Source: an uncultured Gammaproteobacteria bacterium (GTDB lineage: Bacteria; Patescibacteriota; Microgenomatia; 0-14-0-10-38-17). Taken from it: a stretch of 64,000 nucleotides of DNA. The notes under the pieces were generated by a model. The model was not told where the DNA came from and searched no databases. It worked only from the letters and a program-made list of their open reading frames with translations. Positions 1-8,402 of this stretch are shown in pieces (positions within the stretch are counted from its first letter, which is position 1; every line of letters begins with the position of its first letter). Where the stretch lies: assembly GCA_964348895.1 (NCBI GenBank), contig CAYGEH010000001.1, forward strand, positions 6,676 to 70,675, given 5' to 3'. A program made the position numbers and the translations under genes.

Positions 1-637
1 CTTAATTACTTTTTCCGATTCTTCTCCCCAAGAAGAGCCAGTTTCTTTTTCTCCTGAGCTAAATCAAACCGCTTCTCACCAAGAACAACCCCAGAGTCAA
101 AACAGTCAAGGCTTTAGTTCGTCTTTTCTTCAAGAAGAAGTGGTTTCACAAGCTTCACAAACAGAAAATCTCTTGGAGCCAAAAGAATCAATTCAAGCGA
201 GCCAGGAAAGCTATTCAAGCCCTGTCTCCCAACAAGAAAATCAGCCGGAAGGTTTTGTTTCTGAAAACCAAAGCTCAAAGCCAGCTCAAGAGCTTATAAC
301 TTCTCTAGAAGAAAGTGAAGTTAACCCGATAGAGTTAGATGACCAAGGTCAGCCAATTAATAAAATAAGCGACTCCCCTTCTCTTTCAGAACGACTAGAA
401 GAGCCAGTTAAAACAGAAACAGGCTTGTCAGAACCAGTGTCTTTATCTTCTCCTGGTCTTGAAAACCCAACAGCTACGCCAAAAGAAGTGGGTCTTCAAC
501 CAGAAACATCAAGCGAAGAAACTACAATGGAAATAAGCGATAAACCCCCTCAACAAGAAGAAGCTCCCTTCGAAGTTGCCTCAACTTCCTCTTCAGACCA
601 ACCTCCTCAAGTGGCAATTGACCCAAAGGTTGATTAA
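1..637 (+). CDS. 3' part of a gene entering from upstream; acidic Ser/Glu/Gln/Pro-rich low-complexity (likely disordered) protein tail
   Basis: Frame of the 140..637 ORF stays open back to nt 2 (LITFSDSSPQEEPVSFSPE...), so the GTG at 140 is probably internal; composition dominated by S/E/Q/P/T with no TM segment; TAA stop at 635-637. Confidence 0.45.
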   Translation, partial: LITFSDSSPQEEPVSFSPELNQTASHQEQPQSQNSQGFSSSFLQEEVVSQASQTENLLEPKESIQASQESYSSPVSQQENQPEGFVSENQSSKPAQELITSLEESEVNPIELDDQGQPINKISDSPSLSERLEEPVKTETGLSEPVSLSSPGLENPTATPKEVGLQPETSSEETTMEISDKPPQQEEAPFEVASTSSSDQPPQVAIDPKVD

Positions 638-639
638 AA

Positions 640-660
640 AAGCTTCAAAAAAAGAAGTTT
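640..660. terminator. Short hairpin between convergent genes (aagcttc-aaaaaaa-gaagttt), followed by a T-run on the minus strand
   Basis: 7-bp stem (one G-U) with 7-nt loop, directly downstream of both stop codons; minus-strand reading gives hairpin+TTTTT. Confidence 0.3.
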
Positions 661-662
661 TA

Positions 663-1184
663 CTAATTCTTGATTACCTGTGCTTGAGAGCCAATGTCGA
701 AATTTTCAATTCTTTTGGTGGAGCCAGCAGAAATCTCTAGAACGAATTTAGCTCTTTCCTTTGGTCGATAAACCGGCAATTCTTTTGTTTCTCTAGTGCC
801 TTGAGGTTGGGCCCAAGCCAAATAATCAACCACCTGCCATTTTTCGTTAAACCAAATAATATCAAGAGGAATCAGAGTATTTTTCATCCAAAAAGCATGG
901 TATCCTTTTTGGGGAAAAATAAAAACCATCCCACACTGTTCGCAAAGAGAGGTTCTTCCTGATAAACCCTTAGCCCTTTCTTCAGCGGTTGCTGCCGTTT
1001 CTACTTCAAAAGCTACTCCCTCAAGGATAATTTGTCTGATTGGAGCAATGTTTTTGTTGTTCTTGCTTGGTTGGTAATAATGCCGCCAAAAATAAAACAC
1101 TCCTGCCCCAAGAAAAACTAAAATTAAAGTTAAGATAAGCCAGGTTTTCGCTGCCATCTTCTTTTTATAATAGCACTCTTTCAC
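663..1184 (-). CDS. DUF192 (COG1430) family protein with N-terminal TM anchor
   Basis: Motifs GLSGR...GMVFIF...AFWMKNTLIPLDIIWFNEKWQVV are characteristic of DUF192; N-terminal hydrophobic helix WLILTLILVFLGAGVFYFW; the true start may be the internal Met at 1157. Confidence 0.7.
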   Translation of the reverse strand: MKECYYKKKMAAKTWLILTLILVFLGAGVFYFWRHYYQPSKNNKNIAPIRQIILEGVAFEVETAATAEERAKGLSGRTSLCEQCGMVFIFPQKGYHAFWMKNTLIPLDIIWFNEKWQVVDYLAWAQPQGTRETKELPVYRPKERAKFVLEISAGSTKRIENFDIGSQAQVIKN

Positions 1185-1437
1185 TAGAAGAGCTCTTGGT
1201 GAATTTTTCTTGAGGCTTAATTAGTTGGAGTTAAAATGATTGAAACTAGTAGATGTTTTACTGACTCTTCCTGATATTAAACATCAGGAAGAGTTAATTG
1301 AAGCACAAATTATTGGTCTAGAAAAACAGGCAACTATTAATTTCTGTCAAAATCTATCTATATCTATAAGTATTGCTTTAATCTTAGTTAAGCTTAAAAT
1401 GACAAAAAACAAAACTAATGTTAGTATTTAATCATAT

Positions 1438-1944
1438 ATGACTGAAATTTCACCACAGGTTGACTCTGTAGAACAGCAACAGTCTCAAAACTCCGTTAGT
1501 CGATTGATTGGGTTAATTAAAGAAAAGCGAACTGCTTTTGGGATTGATCGAGAAGAAGACACCTCTTTGGGTTCTGGTTCAAAAACAGAAACCTCTAAAC
1601 TCAAAGAAAATATTAGAGTTAACAGTGATCGAGTTTTGTTCTATTTGCAAGAATTTATCGAACAAAACAGGGGTGATAATTTTAATTCTTTAAGTGACCT
1701 AATTAAATCTCTAAATAAGTTAACTAAAAACAGCTCAGATCATTTTCCCGACGTTGGAGACAATATCACTTTTAATAATATTTCTGGTCAGATAGCTATG
1801 ATTGGAGAAGATGATGTTATTTATGATTACCTTGATAGCCAAGACAACAGCAACTTACGCATGCTTTTCGGAGCTAACACTTGGGACAATCCAACAGAAG
1901 ATCTTAGGGGAAAACTTTATTTGCCGATCATTTATCTTTATTGA
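1438..1944 (+). CDS. Hypothetical soluble acidic protein
   Basis: 168-aa ORF with no recognisable motifs and no TM; one of the few plus-strand genes. Confidence 0.35.
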   Translation: MTEISPQVDSVEQQQSQNSVSRLIGLIKEKRTAFGIDREEDTSLGSGSKTETSKLKENIRVNSDRVLFYLQEFIEQNRGDNFNSLSDLIKSLNKLTKNSSDHFPDVGDNITFNNISGQIAMIGEDDVIYDYLDSQDNSNLRMLFGANTWDNPTEDLRGKLYLPIIYLY

Positions 1945-1958
1945 AGTTGTTAAAAAAA

Positions 1959-3182
1959 CTATTTTAAAATTTTATTAACAAAGCTTTGGTTTAAACCTAA
2001 GCGAATAACTTCACCAATTAATAAGCTAGCTGCCCCGCCAGCAATACCCCACTTATTAGGCAAAAAAATTGCTAACAAAAAAACTAAAATAAAATGCCCC
2101 ACGGCCCAAGGAGTAAATTTTTTTACTTTTTTAGAATTTTCGATAATGTTGGCTGCCAGAAAATTAAAAAAAAGCAAAGGCAAAACTAGACCCAAAACTT
2201 TTAAGGCCGAAACAGCTGACAAATATCGTTCCCCATAAATTATTTCAATAAAGGCTTCTCCTGCAAATAAAAATACAGCAAGGGGAAGCAAAGAAATAAA
2301 AAATACACCCAAGCTAACTTGGTGATAAATTGTTTTTAACTGACTCTTGTTTTGAACTAGCAAACGAGAGAAAGTTGGAGCCATTGCCAAAGAAACTGCC
2401 TGAGGAATAAACACTCCAGTTTCAAGGAACTTGGATACAGAACCATAAACGCCAGCCCAATAGTCCCCCATAGTTTGACCGATAGTAATTAAAGGAAGAC
2501 GAAGGTAAAAGTTACCCATTACCAAAAGGACAGCAAAAAATCGACACTCTTTCCAAACTAACAAAATAACCTTTTTATTAAATCGAGGCCTTAGGGGTAA
2601 ATTCAGTTTTTTGGCTCGAACAATAACTCCCAAAGAGGTAATTAACAAAGAAACAAGGTAGGTAACAAACAACCAGATAACATCAAGGCCTAAAAAAATT
2701 GCCCCAGCTCCCATTAGTGCCCCCAAAATAGAAAAAAATATATTAGCGACAACTCCAGTGACAACCTCTTCTCGAGCGTTTTGAAAAGAAGTTGTTAAAT
2801 GAATAATGTTATTAGGCAAAAAAATCAAGGAAAAAATGATTAACGAAACCAACCTTTCACTCGATAAACCCAGAATAAAGCCCAAAGAAGCAGTTAACAA
2901 AAAAGTTGTTCCGGCCAGAGCAATCTTTAAGCCCAGTAGATCGCGAAAATATTCCTTTGCCCGATCCAGTTGCCGAGGTAAATTCTTTAAAATGTAGCGT
3001 TCAATGCCAAGATCGGCAACAGGTAAAAAATTATAAACAAATCCCAAAACCCAAGCATAAACACCAAAATTTTCTACTGTTAGTTGACGAGCAAGAAAGA
3101 TAAAGTAAACAAAGCCGACAACTCTCCCTGTCAGTTGACCCAAGATCAAGTAAAGTCCGTTTCTGGTAACTTTTTTTTCCAT
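1959..3182 (-). CDS. Polysaccharide biosynthesis protein / Wzx-like oligosaccharide flippase (MOP superfamily)
   Basis: 407 aa, about 12 predicted TM helices, N-terminal LILGQLTGRVVGFVYFIFLARQL typical of the Wzx/PST family. Confidence 0.6.
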   Translation of the reverse strand: MEKKVTRNGLYLILGQLTGRVVGFVYFIFLARQLTVENFGVYAWVLGFVYNFLPVADLGIERYILKNLPRQLDRAKEYFRDLLGLKIALAGTTFLLTASLGFILGLSSERLVSLIIFSLIFLPNNIIHLTTSFQNAREEVVTGVVANIFFSILGALMGAGAIFLGLDVIWLFVTYLVSLLITSLGVIVRAKKLNLPLRPRFNKKVILLVWKECRFFAVLLVMGNFYLRLPLITIGQTMGDYWAGVYGSVSKFLETGVFIPQAVSLAMAPTFSRLLVQNKSQLKTIYHQVSLGVFFISLLPLAVFLFAGEAFIEIIYGERYLSAVSALKVLGLVLPLLFFNFLAANIIENSKKVKKFTPWAVGHFILVFLLAIFLPNKWGIAGGAASLLIGEVIRLGLNQSFVNKILK

Positions 3183-3451
3183 TAGTTTAATAAAAAAGGT
3201 TTTTTAAATTATTTCTTTTTGAGGGTTTATTTAAGCTCTGCTTTTTTTTAAATAAAAGAACAGTTGATAAGAAATAGCAAGAATTGCAAAACAAAATTCG
3301 TTGCAGGGGCAAGTAAAAATAAAAAACGCTTTTTGTTTAAAAATCTTTAGTCAAGAAAAAATAACACAATAGATATTAATAAAAAAATAAGATTTTTCCA
3401 ACTTTTAAGCTTAGCATTTTTTTTGGTGTGTTGCTTTAATTGAAAAAAAGA

Positions 3452-4135
3452 CTAGGGATATAAAAGATAAGATTGACCAGAAAACTCCTTTAGAGGGCTG
3501 TCTTTTCTTCCAGCAAGAAGAGTGCCAATGTTTCTTCCGCAATCAAATAAGGAAACAACCCTTAAGCGTGAAGAAAACAAATTACGATATTGTTCTTCTG
3601 AGCGATAATAAATAGGGGTACGGTTTCTTATTTTACCCATAAAATTATCAAGGGGAACTGTTTGACTAAGGAAAGGGAGGCGAAAAGAGCTAACCACTAG
3701 GCCATTTCTTGTTAAAACCCTGTTTGTTTGTTCAAGAAAAAGATTAACTTGTTCGTCATCCATAAACATTGTTGTTCCGTCTAGAAAAATTAAATCCAAA
3801 GAATTACTGTGGAAGGGTAGTTTAGTTAGATCGGCCTGAATAAAACTAACCCCTTTTTGATTATAAATATTAAAAAAGGATCTTCTCATGGGGGCCTCAT
3901 TAAAATCAAGCAAGAAAAATTTATCTTGATAGTTTGGTCTTAAGGTTTGGCAATATTTAACAAAACTAGAAGCAGTTTGAGTTTGAGGTGAAAATCCACC
4001 TAAGACTAAATTAAGACTTTTTCCATCGGGAAAAGCAGGTCCATTTCTATTTTCAAAAATTCTTTTTAAGAGGTCATAGCCAAATTGGACACAAAAAGAC
4101 TCAGGAACAGTTCTATAATATTCAGACCAACCCAC
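3452..4135 (-). CDS. Putative class I SAM-dependent methyltransferase
   Basis: LVLGGF (glycine-rich motif I-like), acidic loop ADLTKLPF, and SLDLIFLDGTTMFM (motif II/III-like); soluble; embedded in the glycan locus. Confidence 0.45.
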   Translation of the reverse strand: MGWSEYYRTVPESFCVQFGYDLLKRIFENRNGPAFPDGKSLNLVLGGFSPQTQTASSFVKYCQTLRPNYQDKFFLLDFNEAPMRRSFFNIYNQKGVSFIQADLTKLPFHSNSLDLIFLDGTTMFMDDEQVNLFLEQTNRVLTRNGLVVSSFRLPFLSQTVPLDNFMGKIRNRTPIYYRSEEQYRNLFSSRLRVVSLFDCGRNIGTLLAGRKDSPLKEFSGQSYLLYP

Positions 4136-4185
4136 TTTTAAAAGATAAAATATTAAATAATTGTGTCTTTCATTTAAAAATTATT

Positions 4186-4701
4186 TTATTTTTTCATTTG
4201 ATAAGCCTGAAAGGAAAAACGATTAAAAAAGCGATAAATAAAAAAATAGGAATGCCGATTGCCAGCACAAACTAGCTGATCCCAAGACAGGTGAGCAAGA
4301 TAGGCAAGGCTGGTCCACTCTAGGCCGGCGATTCCCAGCCTGTTGCCCCAAGAGCGAAGGAGGAGCCAAAACAGAGGAACTAACTCCCAACCATGAAAAG
4401 GAACAAAAACCTTTTGATTTTTAACAACATAAGCTTTAGGAGATAAAAAGCTTTTTAAATGAAAGATTGGATCAAACCAAAGTTTTTTTTTAACAAAAAG
4501 GCGGTTTTTTGAAAAATAATATAAATAATCAACGATATGGTCGAAGTCGATTAAGAAGCCCATTAAAAGAGAAAAAGCGATTAGCCAAGGAGAAGAGAAA
4601 ACAATCATCAAAACAAAGCCTATTATCAAGGAAAGAAAGAAGTGAACACCCTCATCAACCAACAGTTTATCCAATCCTAGAGACTGGCCAATGTTTTTCA
4701 T
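4186..4701 (-). CDS. Hypothetical polytopic membrane protein with several conserved His (possibly a membrane-bound metal-dependent hydrolase)
   Basis: 171 aa, 3-4 TM helices, His-containing segments DFDHIVDY, PFHGWE, LAHLSWD; family not resolved. Confidence 0.3.
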   Translation of the reverse strand: MKNIGQSLGLDKLLVDEGVHFFLSLIIGFVLMIVFSSPWLIAFSLLMGFLIDFDHIVDYLYYFSKNRLFVKKKLWFDPIFHLKSFLSPKAYVVKNQKVFVPFHGWELVPLFWLLLRSWGNRLGIAGLEWTSLAYLAHLSWDQLVCAGNRHSYFFIYRFFNRFSFQAYQMKK

Positions 4702-4746
4702 TTTGATTTAGGCATTATCTTATCATCTCAAGAATTAAAGCGCCAA

Positions 4747-5835
4747 TTATTTTTCTAAAGAAGAAAGAACATTTTGATAAACCCCTAGCGTTTCTTTGGC
4801 ACACTTTTTCCAAGAAAATTTCCTAGCCTGGAGTAGTCCTCTTGCCGACAACTTGTTGGCAAGTTCTTTGTCACCAATCACCGTTTCAATCGCCCTAAAA
4901 AGGGAATTTTTTTGATAAGGGTTAAAATAAAGCACGGCTTCTTCTCCAACTTCTGGCAAAGAACCAGTATTGGCCGAAACTACTGGCGTTCCGCAGGCCA
5001 TAGCTTCAACTAGGGGCAGACCAAACCCTTCGTAAAAAGACGGTTGACAATAAATCGAGGCAAGGTTATAAAGGATGGGCAAATCTTCATCAGGAACATA
5101 GCCCAAAAGATGAATTTCTGCTTCATTTTTAGCCATTTTTTGTAACCAAACCAAATCTTGGTTTTCGGGATGATTTCGGTCGTAGTTTTGACTAATTGCT
5201 TGTTTTCCAGCAATTACCAAGGGGAGATTAACTTGCTGACAAGCCTTAACGAGGTTGGGGATATTTTTGTTCCAGTTGACATCGCCAACATAAAAAACAA
5301 ACTTTCTTGGCAGACAGTATTTCTGCCTAATCACCTCTTTAATTTTTTCATTTTTTATTTTTTTAAAGCTTTCCCCCACCCCTAAATAAACAACAAAAAT
5401 TTTTTCTGGCTTATAGTTTACCAAGCGGGCGATATCTTTCTTAGAGTTTTGAGAGTCGGTAATAATAGCTTCGACTTTTTGTAGTTTTTTTTTCTGCCCT
5501 AACCAGTTTATTCTTCCCCTAACACCTGAAGGATAGTGACTAGGAAAAACTAAAGGAGTAAGGTCGTGAACAGTGACGATCGTTGGTCTTGTTTTTCTGG
5601 GTAGGGTGGGAAAAAAAATATCAAATTGGGGATAATGAACAAGAGAAGGTGATTGGTTGTTTGAGTGGTCGAAGGGCTCATCGATCATTTTTATTTTAAA
5701 ATCAGCATATTTCCTATCCTCTTTAATTGTTGCCAATAAGCCTTCAGTTAAGTTTTTGGTATAAAAACCTATTCCGCGAAAACGATGAGAGTTTTTAAGG
5801 GGAGAAATATCAATAGCAACACAAACGGCTGTCAT
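4747..5835 (-). CDS. Glycosyltransferase family 1 (GT4-type, GT-B fold)
   Basis: C-terminal EGFGLPLVEAMACGTPVV nucleotide-sugar binding motif; 362 aa. Confidence 0.85.
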   Translation of the reverse strand: MTAVCVAIDISPLKNSHRFRGIGFYTKNLTEGLLATIKEDRKYADFKIKMIDEPFDHSNNQSPSLVHYPQFDIFFPTLPRKTRPTIVTVHDLTPLVFPSHYPSGVRGRINWLGQKKKLQKVEAIITDSQNSKKDIARLVNYKPEKIFVVYLGVGESFKKIKNEKIKEVIRQKYCLPRKFVFYVGDVNWNKNIPNLVKACQQVNLPLVIAGKQAISQNYDRNHPENQDLVWLQKMAKNEAEIHLLGYVPDEDLPILYNLASIYCQPSFYEGFGLPLVEAMACGTPVVSANTGSLPEVGEEAVLYFNPYQKNSLFRAIETVIGDKELANKLSARGLLQARKFSWKKCAKETLGVYQNVLSSLEK

Positions 5836-5867
5836 ATTATTTTAACAAAACAAATGGAGCCAGTTTT

Positions 5868-6644
5868 TTAGTCTTTTTTGCCACGTTTTTTCTCCCAATA
5901 TTTAATAAAGGCGACAGGATAATGGAGGGCAGAAAAAAAAGCGAAAATTAGGCCGGGAAAACCATCATAAAAGCCCTTGTGTCTTAAATAGCGAAACAGA
6001 AACTCCCCCATCGCCCTTAACTCTATTAAAAAATATTGTTTAATTGTTGGCTTAATTTTGGGGTTAGCTAAATAATCTTTTGCTGTTAACTCAGTATAGC
6101 GATTAAACTTGACCAAATACTCAGCAAAATTAGGATAGGGATAATGAAGTAAGTGGCCAGAAAGCTGATCAATCTTACCAGAGGGAACCTCCATTTGTTC
6201 GTGAACTGATTGGCAGGGTAAATAAGCCCGACCCTTCTTAAAAAACCTAATCACAGAGTCTGGATACTGTCCTCCCTTAGAAAGCCAGTGATTCAAAAAA
6301 AAGTTTTTTCTTTTAATAAAAAAAGCTTCGGCCTCACTCCCCTTCTCGGCTATGGCCAAGATTTCTTTTCTTAGATCTTGGTCAACAATTTCATCAGCAT
6401 CAAGCTGAAGAACCCACTCCCCTTTGCAGGCGTCAATGGCCATTTGTTTGTTAATGTGAAAAATGGGCTTATTAGTGGTTTCAATTACCCTTGCTCCATA
6501 TTCTTTGGCGATTATTTTAGTTTTATCGACAGATTCCCCATCAACAATAACAATTTCTTCTGCCCAATCCTTAACTGCCCCAAGACAAGCAGCAAGGTTT
6601 TTTTCTTCGTTATAAACCGCCAAGGCAATTGAAATTTTTACCAT
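5868..6644 (-). CDS. Glycosyltransferase family 2, WaaE/KdtX-like
   Basis: ISIALAVYNEE...EEIVIVDGESVDKT...LQLDADEIV; paralog of 13723..14511 and of the second domain of 15590..17191. Confidence 0.8.
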   Translation of the reverse strand: MVKISIALAVYNEEKNLAACLGAVKDWAEEIVIVDGESVDKTKIIAKEYGARVIETTNKPIFHINKQMAIDACKGEWVLQLDADEIVDQDLRKEILAIAEKGSEAEAFFIKRKNFFLNHWLSKGGQYPDSVIRFFKKGRAYLPCQSVHEQMEVPSGKIDQLSGHLLHYPYPNFAEYLVKFNRYTELTAKDYLANPKIKPTIKQYFLIELRAMGEFLFRYLRHKGFYDGFPGLIFAFFSALHYPVAFIKYWEKKRGKKD

Positions 6645-6661
6645 AGCACTATTTTTGTTAT

Positions 6662-8332
6662 TTAATCATCAAAACCAATTTCAAAGGCTTCGTTTCCATC
6701 GGGGAAATAAACTGTTTTAACAATCCAATCTTTCGGGAGGTCTCCCGGTTTGCCAACAAAAAGATTTCTCCCCTCTTCTCTTGCGGAAATTTCTTTAACC
6801 GAGTCTCCCGGATCACCAAAATTAGGAAAATAAAACCTGTCAAACCAATCTACCCAAACCCAACCATAGCGTTCAGCCCTAATTTTATCCATTGCCTGAT
6901 ATTTTTCGGGTGGATATTGAGAGTAAAACAAAAAAAAGATATAGGGTTCTCCATAATGGCGAGTAAAAAAAGCTTTGTCAAAATTTTCTCTATTTTCCCA
7001 AACAAAACTAACCGCTTCTTTATAGCCATATTGCCAGTCTCTGGCTTTAGTTCTAGGATAAACAAAATGGTATTGTCTTAGATAGTAAGCAAAGTTTAGT
7101 GTTAAAAGAAGAAAAAAAACAAATAAAAAGATTTTCTTTGTTTTTAGTTTTTTTACTTCCAGCCAAAAACCCCAAAGGCCGAAGGCAATAATTATTTGCC
7201 AGGCCGGGAGAGAGCAGAAAGTTCTTAAGGCATGGGGTATAGAATTTATGGTTGTGGCGGCGGCAACAGGAGAAATTAAAATTTGGGCAAATAAGAGAAA
7301 TGCCGACAAAGACTTTTCTTTAATTAATTTTTTTCCCAACAGGTAGGTTCCCCAAAGAAGAGCGGGGGCAAAAATAATCATAAATTGTCCAAAACCAGGA
7401 ATGCTTTGCTGAGTGTGTTCGGCCCCGTCAATAAAAAGAAATTGAGGAGAAAAATGGGCTAAATAATTTTTTCCAAAAACCCAAAAATAATGAGTAGCCT
7501 TATTATGAATTAATCTTGCGGCCGGATCCGGCCAGCCCAAATCCCAAAGGCGACCCCGTGCTTCATTAATTCTCAAAACAAACCCTGGATCACCCTGAAT
7601 GCTAATCAGACTATAGCGACCCTGAACAATTGGGGTATTAAAATTTAAAATTAAAGGTAGGGCAAAAATGGCGGCGATCAAAGCCCCTCCCAGCAAAGCT
7701 TTTTTATTCTTGAGAAATAAGCTTCTGTCAAAAAGAAAAACAGCAGAAAAGAAAAGGGGTACAAAAACTCGCGAAGAATTATAGGTATAAACCGAAAGGG
7801 AAGCAAAAAGAAATGACCAAATTAAGGAGGTGGGCTTTGTTTTAGCTCGATAAAGAAAGAAAATTGACACCAAAAGGAGTAATTGGGCTAAACCAGCTTC
7901 AAAAGCAACTCTAGTAATTTGTAAGTGCCAAATGTCAATTGCCAAAATAAAAGCAGACAGTAAAGCCAAGACTTTGTTTTTAAAAAGCTGTTTAACAAAA
8001 AAATAGCTGAAGCCAACACCAATAACACCAAACAGTGCTGGCATAAAGCGAGCCCCAATCTCGCTTAATCCGAATAGCCAAATCCCAGGAATAGTGGCAT
8101 AAATAAAAACGGGCAACTTATATTCTCCAAACGATTCAAACCCCAAAAGAGGCCAAGACTTTCCCCATTCATCTTTGCCGGTTTGAAGAATAGAATGGGC
8201 GTTATAAGCAATTGCCACCTCATCCCAATTAAGAGAAGGAGGAACCTGATTTAAGCGAAAAAAGCGCAAGAAACCAGCCAAAATTAAAATTAAAACTAAA
8301 TAGAAAAAAGGAGATTTAAAAAAAGATTTCAT
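6662..8332 (-). CDS. GT-C fold membrane glycosyltransferase, ArnT/PMT-like (GT39/GT83-like)
   Basis: 556 aa, >10 TM; first extracytoplasmic loop carries the DE motif (NWDEVAIAYNAHSIL...GKDEWG), as in ArnT/PMT enzymes. Confidence 0.6.
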   Translation of the reverse strand: MKSFFKSPFFYLVLILILAGFLRFFRLNQVPPSLNWDEVAIAYNAHSILQTGKDEWGKSWPLLGFESFGEYKLPVFIYATIPGIWLFGLSEIGARFMPALFGVIGVGFSYFFVKQLFKNKVLALLSAFILAIDIWHLQITRVAFEAGLAQLLLLVSIFFLYRAKTKPTSLIWSFLFASLSVYTYNSSRVFVPLFFSAVFLFDRSLFLKNKKALLGGALIAAIFALPLILNFNTPIVQGRYSLISIQGDPGFVLRINEARGRLWDLGWPDPAARLIHNKATHYFWVFGKNYLAHFSPQFLFIDGAEHTQQSIPGFGQFMIIFAPALLWGTYLLGKKLIKEKSLSAFLLFAQILISPVAAATTINSIPHALRTFCSLPAWQIIIAFGLWGFWLEVKKLKTKKIFLFVFFLLLTLNFAYYLRQYHFVYPRTKARDWQYGYKEAVSFVWENRENFDKAFFTRHYGEPYIFFLFYSQYPPEKYQAMDKIRAERYGWVWVDWFDRFYFPNFGDPGDSVKEISAREEGRNLFVGKPGDLPKDWIVKTVYFPDGNEAFEIGFDD

Positions 8333-8402
8333 GGATAGTCAGAGCAATAGCTAAAGTTTAACATGATTTTAGCAAACTAGGAAAACTCTTAAATTAAAAG
8401 AA

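Noticed and set aside
1240-1431. 63-aa ORF upstream of 1438..1944
   Set aside because: Short, hydrophobic or low-complexity, no start-context support; more likely part of the 5' leader/promoter region
2806-3103. Small plus-strand ORFs (2806..2997, 2906..3103) inside the flippase gene
   Set aside because: Lys/Arg-rich antisense translations of an AT-rich coding strand; fully contained in a well-supported longer CDS
4509-6632. Antisense ORFs 4509..4706, 5010..5213, 5158..5385, 6378..6632
   Set aside because: Embedded in GT1/GT2 genes on the opposite strand, low-complexity composition, no motifs
6658-7065. ORFs 6658..6843 and 6850..7065 on the minus strand
   Set aside because: Alternative frames within the 556-aa ArnT-like gene; the long ORF explains the region
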